A stretch of 64,000 nt of DNA from Armatimonadota bacterium (GTDB lineage Bacteria > Armatimonadota > SYMT01), in assembly GCA_041690135.1 (NCBI GenBank), contig JAWLHY010000010.1, positions 1 through 64,000 on the forward strand, given 5' to 3'. The notes beneath the pieces are model-generated. The model searched no databases, was not told the DNA's origin, and worked only from the letters and a program-made list of their open reading frames with translations. Positions 28,625-38,558 of the stretch are shown here, in pieces. Position numbers and translations under genes: made by a program. Each line of letters starts with the position of its first letter. Within the stretch, counting starts at the first letter, position 1.

Positions 28625-30817
28625 ATGGATAATCTGAAACGTTTGAGCAACGGCGTCATCCAATATGGTGTGTTGCTACGTTCAAGGCCAATCCTCAACT
28701 GCCGGCTCCGCATTTCTTGCGCGAAGGTTTTAGCCGCCAGCTTCGCGACCGCGGCCGCTTCTGTTACTTTCGCCTTCCTGACTCCGGCGGCGAGCCAGGT
28801 CGTTCATTATCCCTACACCGATCTCACCGGAGTCTATCCGGCGGGCGGCCAGCGGGGCCAGCGGGTTACCGTCACCTTCACCGGAGTTTCCCTTTCCGGA
28901 CTCAGCGGAGTCCGGGCAAGTGGCACCGGGGTCACCGTGCGTTCCTTCAAGGAAATGGGAGCACGGCAGGCGCAGGCAGAGCTAGAGATTTCGCCGGACG
29001 CTCCCCTTGGTCGCCGGAATCTGCGGGTTGTATCCCGCAGCGGTGTCTCGGACCCGGTCTGGTTCCAGGTTGGGCAGCTCCCCGAAGTGATGGAAAAGGA
29101 GCCCAACCCCTCGGTAGCGGAGAGCCAGCCCGTGGAGCTTCCGGTCGTTGTCAACGCGCGCCTGAACCCTGGCGAGGATGTCGATGCGTTCCGGTTCCGC
29201 GCCCGCGCCGGGGAGGTCCTGACCCTGGCTGTGGAAGGGTTCGTCCTCGACTCTCAGCGCTCGGATCTTGCTTTCCTGGATACAACGCTGACGGTGTACG
29301 ATGCGACGGGACGGATCGTAGCGCGAAACGAGGATTTCCAAACGCTCGACCCCCTGCTGACGTTCCGTCCGGAAAAGGACGGGGAGTACGTGGCCGAAAT
29401 CCGGGAGCAGGGCTATGGCGGCGGGGACGGCGCGGTCTACCGCCTGACGCTGGGCACCGTGCCATGGGCGACGGCACTCTATCCAGCCGGTGGCCGGCGA
29501 GGAACCACCGTGTCCCTGGAGGTAGGCAAGCCCGACGGCGTGCGAGAGCGGGCCTCCCTGACGGTTCCGGCGAACTGCCCGGATGTGCTGGATACGGCCC
29601 TGCTGCCGGGCCAGGCCAACACGCGACCTTTCGTGGTCGGTGACCTGCCGGAAGTCCTGGAACAGGAGCCAAACGACACGCCGGCCCAGGCCAATCCGCT
29701 GACCATGCCAGCGGTATATAACGGCCGCATCGAACGGAAGGGTGACCGGGATGCCTTTCGGGTCCCCCTCCGCAAGGGCGAAGGCATCCGTATCGACGTA
29801 CTCGCGGGGCGCATCCTGCGCTCGCCGGTGGACCTCACCCTGACGGTGTTGAACGAGGCGGGCAACTCGATTGCAGCCAACGATGACAACCCCCACACCT
29901 TTGAGGCGACAGATAACCGGGAAGACAGTCTCAGCGGCGATCCCCTGATCGAGCTGATCGCACCGGCGGACGGCGTTTACACGGTAGTGATTCGCGATAT
30001 CGGCGGACGCGGCCATCCGGACTTCGTCTACCGGGCGAGCGTCACACCCCGAGAGCCGAGTTTTACGCTCGACACCTGGTATGACAATCCGTTGATCATG
30101 GGGCCGGGAGCCTGTGGCGTGATCCCGGTGCAGATTCATCGCTATGCGGGTTTCGCCGGCGAGGTGAAGTTGCGGATCACCGGCCTACCGACCGGCTACA
30201 CCGGTAGTGAGGCGATCATCCCCGCCGGGCGCCTGATCTATGGGCCCTCCGCCTCGCTGACCATCCGCGCTCCCGCCGAGGCGAAGGTAGGCACCCTCGT
30301 GCCGTTCGGGATCGAAGGAGAGGCCGAGGTGAACGGCCGCAAGGTGGTGATCCGCACGACTCCCCTCGCGCATCTCGGACAGAACAACGACCACGGCATC
30401 CGGCGGGTGACCGACACCTTCCTTGCCTGCGTGGTCCCGGCGGAGCAGTATCGCATCGAGGCCCTGACCCGCTCCGTCGCCGGTGCGCCCGGCCAGGTCG
30501 TTCCCATTCCCTTGAAGATCGAGCGACTGGGAGAGACGACGGGGGTGCCGACACTGATCCCGCTGCGCGGGCTCGGCAGACGGCACGACGTGTTCGGGTT
30601 CAGCCCGCCCCTTTCCGTCAAGGAAGAGAACGGCCGCTTTGAGTTTCCCCTCTCCATTCCGAAGGATCTGGCTCCCGGTGAATACACGTTCGTCCTCTGT
30701 CGGCCCCTCGCGGGTGACTTCCGCGGCAACCGGCCGACGACCACCACTGAGGTGATCCGCCTGACGGTGACCGGCGCCCGCACCGCGTCCGTGGCGGCGG
30801 CTGGAGGAAAGAAGTAA
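28625..30817 (+). CDS. pre-peptidase C-terminal (PPC) repeat protein
   Basis: YPAGGQRG, EKEPN/EQEPND, DVDAFRF, YRLTLG; true start probably downstream. Confidence 0.85.
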   Translation: MDNLKRLSNGVIQYGVLLRSRPILNCRLRISCAKVLAASFATAAASVTFAFLTPAASQVVHYPYTDLTGVYPAGGQRGQRVTVTFTGVSLSGLSGVRASGTGVTVRSFKEMGARQAQAELEISPDAPLGRRNLRVVSRSGVSDPVWFQVGQLPEVMEKEPNPSVAESQPVELPVVVNARLNPGEDVDAFRFRARAGEVLTLAVEGFVLDSQRSDLAFLDTTLTVYDATGRIVARNEDFQTLDPLLTFRPEKDGEYVAEIREQGYGGGDGAVYRLTLGTVPWATALYPAGGRRGTTVSLEVGKPDGVRERASLTVPANCPDVLDTALLPGQANTRPFVVGDLPEVLEQEPNDTPAQANPLTMPAVYNGRIERKGDRDAFRVPLRKGEGIRIDVLAGRILRSPVDLTLTVLNEAGNSIAANDDNPHTFEATDNREDSLSGDPLIELIAPADGVYTVVIRDIGGRGHPDFVYRASVTPREPSFTLDTWYDNPLIMGPGACGVIPVQIHRYAGFAGEVKLRITGLPTGYTGSEAIIPAGRLIYGPSASLTIRAPAEAKVGTLVPFGIEGEAEVNGRKVVIRTTPLAHLGQNNDHGIRRVTDTFLACVVPAEQYRIEALTRSVAGAPGQVVPIPLKIERLGETTGVPTLIPLRGLGRRHDVFGFSPPLSVKEENGRFEFPLSIPKDLAPGEYTFVLCRPLAGDFRGNRPTTTTEVIRLTVTGARTASVAAAGGKK

Positions 30818-30978
30818 TGCGAGTGCGAGTTTGCTGGCAGCGTAAATGGCAAACTGCAAGGGTGCAAAGACGACTTGCACCGGCAAGGAGTGAGACCTCT
30901 TCCCTCCGCAGGGATGAACGGTGTACCGTCTCCGGCTGGTTGCTGGATGCGTGCGGGCTCAGTCGTGGCTGCAATCCG

Positions 30979-33588
30979 ATGCGGCGGATTCTTCCTTTCG
31001 CTTCCGTGGCCCTCCTGGCCCTGGGGTGGGTGCCGGGAGAAGCCGCGCCGAAGCGGGTGGTGCCGGCGAAGCGGTCCGCAACCGCGACACCGGGCCAAAG
31101 CAAAGGGATCACCCTGCGTGTAAATCCGAGTGCCGTAACGCTGCTCGGTCCACGCACCGAGCAGCAAGTGTTGGTGACCGCGGTCAACCCCGATGGTTCT
31201 CACGAAGATGTCACCCGCTCGGCAGTGTTCACCACCTCCAGCCAGGCCATTACGGTGGAACAGGGCCGCATCCGCGCGCGGCAGGACGGCAGATATCGCG
31301 TCGCGGTGCGCTATACGCCGGGCGGCGGGCGAGCGGTGCAGGCGCAGGTCTCGGTGATGGCGCGTTCGACGACTACCGTGCAACCGGTGTCGTTCGTTAA
31401 TGAGGTCATCCCGGTGCTGACTCAGGCGGGCTGCAACCAGGGGACCTGCCACGGAGCTCAGTATGGGAAGGGCGGATTGAAGTTGTCCCTACTCGGGTTC
31501 GATCCGGAGTCGGATTATTACGCGCTGGTCCGCGATGCCGAAGGGCGGCGCGTGACGCGCAGCCAACCCGAGCGAAGCCTGCTGCTCTCCAAGCCGCTAA
31601 TGCAGATTCCGCACGCCGGTGGCAAACGGCTAACACCGGGCACCTGGCAATACCGTGTCCTAACGGAGTGGCTTGCAGGTGGCTTCCCCGGTCCCCTCAA
31701 CGATGAGCGCCGGGTCGCGCGAGTCGAAGTCGAGCCCGCCGTACGCGTGATGGAGCCCGGCCAGGCACAGCAGTTGCGCGTGACCGCCGTGTATGACGAT
31801 GGCTCCACTGAGGACGTGACGCGTGCCGCGCGCTTCGATACGAATAACGAACCCGTCGCCACCGTCGAGCCGGGAGGGCGGGTTAAGGGCCACCAGAGCG
31901 GGATGGCGCCCCTGATGATCCGGTACCAGGGCTACGCCGCCGTGGCTCGCACTATCGTGCCGTATGCGAAGGTGACGAAGCGGCCCTCCTTCCCTCATCG
32001 CAACCTCATCGATCCCCACATCGATAGGGAATGGAAGCGGCTGGGGCTTCTCCCCTCGGAGCCCTGCTCCGACGCGGAATTCATCCGTCGCGCCTACCTC
32101 GACAGCCTCGGCACGCTGCCTACCCCCGCCGAAGTGGAGGCGTTTCTGGCCGAGTGTGATACGGAGCGTCAGGCTGGTAACTCGAACAGAGTGCAAGGGA
32201 GCGAGGGAGCGGAGGGCAGGGGGAAAAGGAACAGTGGGAAGGTCCTTCCTTATCCTAATCCTCGTCCAAGTCCTAATCGGGCGCGAGAGCGCCTCGTCGC
32301 CCGCCTTCTGGAGCGCCCGGAGTGGGTGGATTACTGGACCCTCTACTTCGGAGACATCCTGCGCAACAATCGCCAACTCGTGGGCGACAAGGGGATGTGG
32401 GCGTTCCGGTCCTGGATCCAGGACTGTCTCCGAACCGGGAAGCCGTACAACGAGATGGTGCGGGAACTGATCGACGTGAGCGGCTCAGTTTACCGAAACG
32501 GCGCGGCGAACTACTACAGCGTGGCGCGGAACCCCGAGGACCTCGCCAAGACGACGAGCCAGGTGTTCCTGGGCATCCGGATCGAGTGCGCCGAGTGCCA
32601 CAACCACCCGTTCGAGAAGTGGACGCAAAAGGATTACTACAGCCTGGCCGCCTATTTTGCGCGGGTCAAGTACAAGGGCTTCCCAGGCAGCGGCCGCTTT
32701 GGCGGAGACCAGCTCGTGCTCATCGCCGAGAGCGGCGAGATCAAGCATCCTCGCACCGGGGAGGTGATGCTGCCCAAGCCGCTCGAAGGCAAGGCGCGGG
32801 AGATTCCCGGAGAGCAGCGGCTTGCCGATCTGGCCAACTGGCTCGCGGATCCGACGAACCCGTTCGTTGCGCGGAACATCGTCAACCGGATCTGGGGCCG
32901 CATCATGGGACGGGGGATCATCGACCCGGTTGATGACGTTCGGGCGTCCAATCCACCCACTCATCCGGAACTGCTCGATGCCCTGACACGCGATTTCGTA
33001 TCCGGCGGCTTCAACCTGAAACAGTTGATGCGTCGGATCTTGACGTCGGGTGTCTACCAGCTTTCGTCGCAAGCCACCGCCGCGAACCAGAAGGACACGC
33101 AGTACTACTCGTATTATCGCGCGCGGCGACTGGCGGCCGAGCCGCTGCTGGACGCGATCTGCAGCGTTACAGGTATTCCGGAGAAATTCGCCGGGCTGCC
33201 GGCGGGTTACCGGGCAATCTCCCTCCCGGACTCGCGCGTACCCTCGGCCCTGCTGGAGACCTTCGGCCGCCCGGCGCGGGAAGCGCTCTGCGAGTGTGAG
33301 CGGAACGCGGAGCCGAACCTTAGCCAAACGCTGCTGCTGACGAACGGGGAATTTCTGCAGAAGCGGATCTCGGCGAAAGAAAGCATCGTCAACCGGATGC
33401 TTGCCGCCGGCCGCTCGGACGAGGAGATCCTGCGGGAGATCTATCTGCGCGCTTTCTCCCGAGCGCCACGGCCGGATGAGCTGGTGCAGGCAAAGGGCTT
33501 CATTGTAGAGGCGGGCTCCCGCAAACAGGGACTGGAAGATTTGCTCTGGACCGTGCTGAATTCACGAGAGTTTTTGCTGCAGCATTAA
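30979..33588 (+). CDS. Ig-like (Big_2) plus DUF1549/DUF1553 protein
   Basis: GCNQGTCHG, DVTR repeats, FIRRAYLD, CAECHNHPFEKW, HPELLDAL, CECER, LNSREF. Confidence 0.92.
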   Translation: MRRILPFASVALLALGWVPGEAAPKRVVPAKRSATATPGQSKGITLRVNPSAVTLLGPRTEQQVLVTAVNPDGSHEDVTRSAVFTTSSQAITVEQGRIRARQDGRYRVAVRYTPGGGRAVQAQVSVMARSTTTVQPVSFVNEVIPVLTQAGCNQGTCHGAQYGKGGLKLSLLGFDPESDYYALVRDAEGRRVTRSQPERSLLLSKPLMQIPHAGGKRLTPGTWQYRVLTEWLAGGFPGPLNDERRVARVEVEPAVRVMEPGQAQQLRVTAVYDDGSTEDVTRAARFDTNNEPVATVEPGGRVKGHQSGMAPLMIRYQGYAAVARTIVPYAKVTKRPSFPHRNLIDPHIDREWKRLGLLPSEPCSDAEFIRRAYLDSLGTLPTPAEVEAFLAECDTERQAGNSNRVQGSEGAEGRGKRNSGKVLPYPNPRPSPNRARERLVARLLERPEWVDYWTLYFGDILRNNRQLVGDKGMWAFRSWIQDCLRTGKPYNEMVRELIDVSGSVYRNGAANYYSVARNPEDLAKTTSQVFLGIRIECAECHNHPFEKWTQKDYYSLAAYFARVKYKGFPGSGRFGGDQLVLIAESGEIKHPRTGEVMLPKPLEGKAREIPGEQRLADLANWLADPTNPFVARNIVNRIWGRIMGRGIIDPVDDVRASNPPTHPELLDALTRDFVSGGFNLKQLMRRILTSGVYQLSSQATAANQKDTQYYSYYRARRLAAEPLLDAICSVTGIPEKFAGLPAGYRAISLPDSRVPSALLETFGRPAREALCECERNAEPNLSQTLLLTNGEFLQKRISAKESIVNRMLAAGRSDEEILREIYLRAFSRAPRPDELVQAKGFIVEAGSRKQGLEDLLWTVLNSREFLLQH

Positions 33589-33606
33589 CGCTGCAAGGGG
33601 GCGAGG

Positions 33607-34905
33607 ATGTTCGACATCATCACCGGACGGAACTGGGATTGCACCGGGACGACCCGCCGGGATTTCTTGCGACTGGGTGGTCTGGCGGCGCTGGGGCTTG
33701 GCCTGCCCGATCTGCTCCGCCTACGGGAGGCCTCCGCGGCACCCGCCCCGGAGGTGAATTGCATCCTCCTCTGGTTGGTGGGGGGTCCTCCCCAGCACGA
33801 AACCTTCGATCCCAAGCCGGACGCTCCCATCGAGATCCGCGGCGATCTGGGCGTGACGAAGGCGAAAACCGGCTTCCTGGTTTCCGATGGCCTGCCGCGC
33901 CTGGCCGCGATGTCGGATCGGTATTCCGTCATTCGCTCCCTCACCCACACGGACAACAACCACGAAACTGCGCAGGTGTGGATGCAGTCCGGCTACAAGT
34001 TCAACGCGGCGACCCGTTATCCGTCATTTGGCTCCGTCGTGTCGAAGGAGAAGGGCTGGCGGAACGGCCTCCCTGCCTACGCCCTGCTGGGGGGCCAGCC
34101 CGCGGCGGAAGGCGCCGGGTACTTGGGCACCGTGTACAACCCCCTCTCCGTGACGGCGGACCCCAGCGCCAGAGACTTCAGCGTCAAAGACGTAACACTG
34201 CCGGCCGGCGTCTCCCGGACCGTTTTCGACCGCCGGCAGCGGATGCTGGCCGCCCTCGACCGTTTCCAGCGGAACACGGAGGCCCGCTCGGCGGTGGCGA
34301 AATCGATCGACCGGTTCCAGGAGCGAGCCGTCGACCTGGTGACCTCGCCCGCCGCTAAGAAAGCCTTTGCCCTGGATGAGGAGCCCGCGAACGTCCGGGA
34401 GAGCTACGGAAAGCACCGGTTCGGGCAGAGCTGTCTGCTCGCACGCCGCCTCGTGGAAGCCGGGGTGCGCTTTGTGACCGTGGGAATGGGCGGATGGGAT
34501 ACCCACCAGGACCACTCGCTACATATGAAATCGCTGCTTCCCCAGCTCGACGCCGGCTACTCCGCCCTGCTCCAGGACCTGAGCGACCGGGGTATGCTCG
34601 CCAACACGCTGGTCCTCACGTTCGGAGAATTCGGGCGCACCCCGCAGATCAACCCACGCGCCGGCCGCGACCACTGGGCCAGCGTCTTCAGCGTCTGCCT
34701 GGGCGGTGGCCCGGTCAAGCTCGGCCAGGTAGTCGGCGCCAGCGATGCCATCGGGGCTACCCCGGTCGACCGCCCGGTCACCGCTGCGGAGTTGGCCGCG
34801 ACGATTTACCACTCCCTGGGAGTGGACTACCGCAAAGAGTACCAGGTCCAGGGCCGCCCGATCCCGCTGGTATACGAAGGAGAACCGATTAGAGAACTCC
34901 TTTGA
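33607..34905 (+). CDS. DUF1501 protein
   Basis: TRRDFL, GGPPQHETFDPKP, ARRLVEAGVRFV, WDTH, GEFGRTP, GRDHW. Confidence 0.94.
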   Translation: MFDIITGRNWDCTGTTRRDFLRLGGLAALGLGLPDLLRLREASAAPAPEVNCILLWLVGGPPQHETFDPKPDAPIEIRGDLGVTKAKTGFLVSDGLPRLAAMSDRYSVIRSLTHTDNNHETAQVWMQSGYKFNAATRYPSFGSVVSKEKGWRNGLPAYALLGGQPAAEGAGYLGTVYNPLSVTADPSARDFSVKDVTLPAGVSRTVFDRRQRMLAALDRFQRNTEARSAVAKSIDRFQERAVDLVTSPAAKKAFALDEEPANVRESYGKHRFGQSCLLARRLVEAGVRFVTVGMGGWDTHQDHSLHMKSLLPQLDAGYSALLQDLSDRGMLANTLVLTFGEFGRTPQINPRAGRDHWASVFSVCLGGGPVKLGQVVGASDAIGATPVDRPVTAAELAATIYHSLGVDYRKEYQVQGRPIPLVYEGEPIRELL

Positions 34906-36583
34906 CGTCGTAACAGAGCAGCGTCTCCTGATCCCGAATCAGCAGCTTCCCGCCGGCCACGACGGGATGAGGCCAGGAGGGCTTGCTGGAACGCTCGGGT
35001 TGGGAGAAGCGACCTTTCTCGACATAGCGCTGCGGGTTGGCCTCCACCAGGGCGATGGAACCGCCCTCGCCGCGGACGTAGAGATGGCCGTCGGCATAGG
35101 TGACAGAGCCCTTGCCGACGCTCCGTTCCTGCCAGGTGGCGCGGCCGGTGCGGATGTCGAGACAGGTCAGGATCGCCTCGTCACAACCGTAGAGGTGATC
35201 CCCTACGAGGACCATCCCACCGTGATGGTTTTTCATGTCGCGCGTGAAGTAGACCTCGCGCGCGGTGAAGCCGCCGCCGTTCGGCACCAATTGGGCGAGG
35301 CCGCCGCCGGTGTTGTAGCCGGAAGCCGCGAAGACGAAGCCATTCGAAAAAATCGGCGTGGAGCAGTTGGCGGTCCCGTTGGCGGGACGGTTCCAGCGCC
35401 AAAGGAAGCGACCGTCCCGGGCGGAGACGCCGATAACGCCACCTCGCATAAACTGGATGTACTGCCGCTGGCCCGCGACATCCGCGGCAATGGCCGAGGC
35501 GTACTGGGCCATATCCCCTTCCGGCACGCGTGAGCGCCAGAGGTCGCGACCGGTCTGCTTGTCGAAGGCAACGATGGTGGCGTTCGCGCCGCCGGGACAG
35601 GCAATGACCCGGTCGCCATCCACCAGCGGCGACTCGCTGTAGCCCCAGTCCGGAATGCGGCCGCCGAACTCGCGCACGAGACTGCGGTGCCACTGAATCC
35701 CGCCGCGGGCTGTGTCGAGGCAGACCAGGTCCCCGCTCACCCCCAGGACATAAACCCGGTCGCCATCCACCGTGGGGGAACAGCGCGACCCCTCACCATA
35801 GCCGACACCCCGGTTCGCACGGGCGATCTCCGCCACCCACACGCTGCGACCCGTGGCCGCGTCCAGGCACCACACCGTCTCCGTTTCGCCCCGGTAGCCC
35901 ATGCCGTAAATCCGGCCGCCAGCCACCGTCGGCGTGGAGTAGCCGCCGCCCAAGCCGGGAGCGCGCCACGCCAGCCGGGGGCCCGTTTGTGGCCAGGAGT
36001 CGAGCAGCCCCGTTTCACGGGAGAGACCGTTGCGGTCCGGCCCCCGCCACTGCGGCCATTCCCCACCGGCTCCAGAGATACGCGCTGGAGCAGCGGGCTC
36101 CGTTGCCGCGGGGGGCTCAGTCGGCTTGGGAGCTGCAGGCTTGGAGACAGGCCTGGGGGCACTGCCCAGCGCATAGCGGCCGTTCACGATCTTCTCCCAT
36201 ACCGCCACCTCGCGCGCCGGTAGGGACTTGCCGCTCCCCAGGTCCTTGCCGACGACCAGCGCGCGGAACCCGGGCTTCAACTCGCCCAGCTCCACCGTTC
36301 GTGTGCGCTCCCGGCGCAGGAAAACGGCGGTCTCGCCGATCTCGATGGTCTTTGGCCGGGGTTGAGAAAGGCTGCGGGTGCTGCCGTTCGGAAGGGTAAA
36401 GCTGGCCGCATCGAGGACGAAGCTCTTCTCCTCGATATCGACCGAACGGATCACGCCCTGCAGGTGGATCTCGCCGGGACCGGGATCCAGCTCCCCCGCC
36501 GTCATCCCGGCGCGCGCCAGCAGCAGGCCCACCAGGGCGCCGCCCGCCAGCCATTTCGTCGTTCTTTCCCGGTTGCCGAGCAT
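34889..36583 (-). CDS. PQQ-like beta-propeller protein with N-terminal DUF5666-like OB domain
   Basis: WPQWRGPDRNG, GGGYSTP, WGYSESPLV, WPHPVV; Pro/Ala linker. Confidence 0.9.
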   Translation of the reverse strand: MLGNRERTTKWLAGGALVGLLLARAGMTAGELDPGPGEIHLQGVIRSVDIEEKSFVLDAASFTLPNGSTRSLSQPRPKTIEIGETAVFLRRERTRTVELGELKPGFRALVVGKDLGSGKSLPAREVAVWEKIVNGRYALGSAPRPVSKPAAPKPTEPPAATEPAAPARISGAGGEWPQWRGPDRNGLSRETGLLDSWPQTGPRLAWRAPGLGGGYSTPTVAGGRIYGMGYRGETETVWCLDAATGRSVWVAEIARANRGVGYGEGSRCSPTVDGDRVYVLGVSGDLVCLDTARGGIQWHRSLVREFGGRIPDWGYSESPLVDGDRVIACPGGANATIVAFDKQTGRDLWRSRVPEGDMAQYASAIAADVAGQRQYIQFMRGGVIGVSARDGRFLWRWNRPANGTANCSTPIFSNGFVFAASGYNTGGGLAQLVPNGGGFTAREVYFTRDMKNHHGGMVLVGDHLYGCDEAILTCLDIRTGRATWQERSVGKGSVTYADGHLYVRGEGGSIALVEANPQRYVEKGRFSQPERSSKPSWPHPVVAGGKLLIRDQETLLCYDVKGVL

Positions 36584-36691
36584 CGCCGCTCCCCTTCCTG
36601 ACCGACCAGATAAACGTGCTTTTCCTAAGTCCGACGAACACGAGTACGGCTTAGTTGCATAGAGTCTTGGCTAGGGTGCCTGCCTCGCCCA

Positions 36692-36795
36692 GAATGAATG
36701 GGGGAACTGATGAATGGAAGAATGGGTGCCCGCCTCAAACAAACCTGGCGTTTGCCTCTCCCATTCCCCATTTCTCCCCCACACCCCCACTCCCA
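36692..36795. repeat. inverted pair of degenerate 8-mer arrays (GAATGGGG... / CCCCATTC...)
   Basis: purine-rich arm gaatgaatgggggaactgatgaatggaagaatggg then pyrimidine-rich arm cccattccccatttctcccccacacccccactccc. Confidence 0.6.
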
Positions 36796-36823
36796 TGCCA
36801 TCTGGAGACCGTACCCGCTGGAG

Positions 36824-38116
36824 TTACCTCCGAAGGTGTCTGTCCGCGAAGTTGAGGAAGTGGGTCCAGTCCTCCCGGTTCATGGAGTGTTTGCCGGGGC
36901 GGATGAAGTAACCCAGGCGGCTGTCGACGAGCTTCCCGACCGGAGGCATCGTGCTCGCCGCGAGGCCCTCTACCCCCAGGAAACGGTAGACGGGGTCGGC
37001 CGCCTTCAACACCTCGAATTGACCTTCCGGGTTGGCCCAGGTGTCCTCGACGGCATTGCCGAAGAGTACGGGGCGCGGAGCGACGAGGGCCACCAGACTG
37101 TGCTGGTCGAATGGAAGTCGGTCCGTTTTGTCGTTGAACAGGGGGAAGGTATCGTTGAACCAGTGCGGAAAACGGTCGTTGATCTGCTTCACCGACTCGC
37201 CAATCTTGCCCCGGCTGGGGGCGGTACCGCCGCAGCCCGCCTGTAGCGGAATGGACAGCGCGATCCGCTCGTCCAACGCCGCGGCCAGCAGCGCCGTCTT
37301 GCCGTTCCTAGAGTGCCCCACCGTCGCGATGCGTTTGGGATCGACGTGCGGGTCGGTCACCAGGTAGTCAACAGCACGCGAGAAGCCCCAGGCCCACGCG
37401 GCGATGGTGCCCCAGTCGTGGGGACCGAGTTCCTTCTGGCCCGGCTTCAGGTAGTGCGGGTGGACGCCGTCGGAGAAGTCCGGCTTGTCCGGGTCCACGT
37501 CGCCGGTGTAGAAAGTCGCGAGCCCATAACCACGCTCCACGATCAGGTCCACGTTCCAGAGGTCCACCTGGGTACCGCGGGCCGCATCCGTGGCCCGGTT
37601 GTTCACCACGCCTGGACGGTTGGAGTAAATCCAGGCGTCGGATAGCCGGATCTGCGGATCGTTCAGCACCGCATGGTTTCCGGCAAAGTTGATCCCCAGG
37701 AAGGTGGGCACGCGCTTCTTACCATTGGGGGTGACCACCAGGAGGTGGATCGGCGGTGTTCCGGCGGGGCCAAACCGGAGTGTCACCTCCCGCAGAGTCG
37801 CCTTTCCACCCAGCGCGGTGCGGTCTTCCCGCTCCACCTTCGCCTCGACCCGGTCGGGGGCCGGCGGCGCGAAACCGTACATGTAGTGCTGGAACAGGCG
37901 CTTCAGTTCCGGTCGGCGTTCCTTCATCCACTGCTTCTTCGTGGTGACCCGTCGCCCGTCGAGCATCACCAGTGGGTCCGGCAGTCCGGGGTGCGCCGGC
38001 AATTCCGAAACTGGCGGGAGCAACGACTCACGCGGCGCGGTCTCGGCGCCGGTGACGGCGGAAAGGCAAAGGGCGGCGCCGGCGGCGAGGCCGAGCAGGA
38101 GCGTGGTTCGGATCAT
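36824..38116 (-). CDS. CE15-like (glucuronoyl/acetylxylan) esterase
   Basis: LPDPL, WGTIAAWAWG, GHSRNGK, LPFDQH, EDTWA, RPGKHSM; signal peptide. Confidence 0.88.
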   Translation of the reverse strand: MIRTTLLLGLAAGAALCLSAVTGAETAPRESLLPPVSELPAHPGLPDPLVMLDGRRVTTKKQWMKERRPELKRLFQHYMYGFAPPAPDRVEAKVEREDRTALGGKATLREVTLRFGPAGTPPIHLLVVTPNGKKRVPTFLGINFAGNHAVLNDPQIRLSDAWIYSNRPGVVNNRATDAARGTQVDLWNVDLIVERGYGLATFYTGDVDPDKPDFSDGVHPHYLKPGQKELGPHDWGTIAAWAWGFSRAVDYLVTDPHVDPKRIATVGHSRNGKTALLAAALDERIALSIPLQAGCGGTAPSRGKIGESVKQINDRFPHWFNDTFPLFNDKTDRLPFDQHSLVALVAPRPVLFGNAVEDTWANPEGQFEVLKAADPVYRFLGVEGLAASTMPPVGKLVDSRLGYFIRPGKHSMNREDWTHFLNFADRHLRR

Positions 38117-38314
38117 GGCAGGTCCCTGGCGATAAAGGTGGTGGAGTGTGGTTCACCATTAACGTTCGTCCGAGGGTGGCGGAAAGTCCTCGTCAAACAC
38201 CACGCGGCAAAGGTGTTCCACAGGCTGCTCATTATCACCATTACCCTAATATTTCAGCGAAACCACGGCGGCGAGTGAATTTCGGTCTGAACCCTCCGTC
38301 TGGGTTGGAACGTG

Positions 38315-38480
38315 GGCTCCCCCTCTCTGCATCGGAGAGGTTTACGCCCCGAGGGGGTGCCGGGTACCCGTGTGCGGGTGGCGGGGGTGAGGTCGTCGTG
38401 CGGATCGTACGTATGATGCAACTGCAGCCCCCGTCCCCTCTCCCGCGCTGCGGGAGAGGGTTACGCCCCGAGGGGTGGGA
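38315..38480. repeat. paired CCCCTCTC...GAGAGG hairpins carrying nested micro-insertions
   Basis: ccctctctgcatcggagagg and cccctctcccgcgctgcgggagaggg, each followed by TTACGCCCCGAGGGG. Confidence 0.75.
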
Positions 38481-38558
38481 AGCCGGTGCTCAAGACGAGA
38501 CGGAGCTCATCTCTGGTCGTCGTCGGGTGCACAGGTTTCCAGGTTGGAGAGGGGTGCC

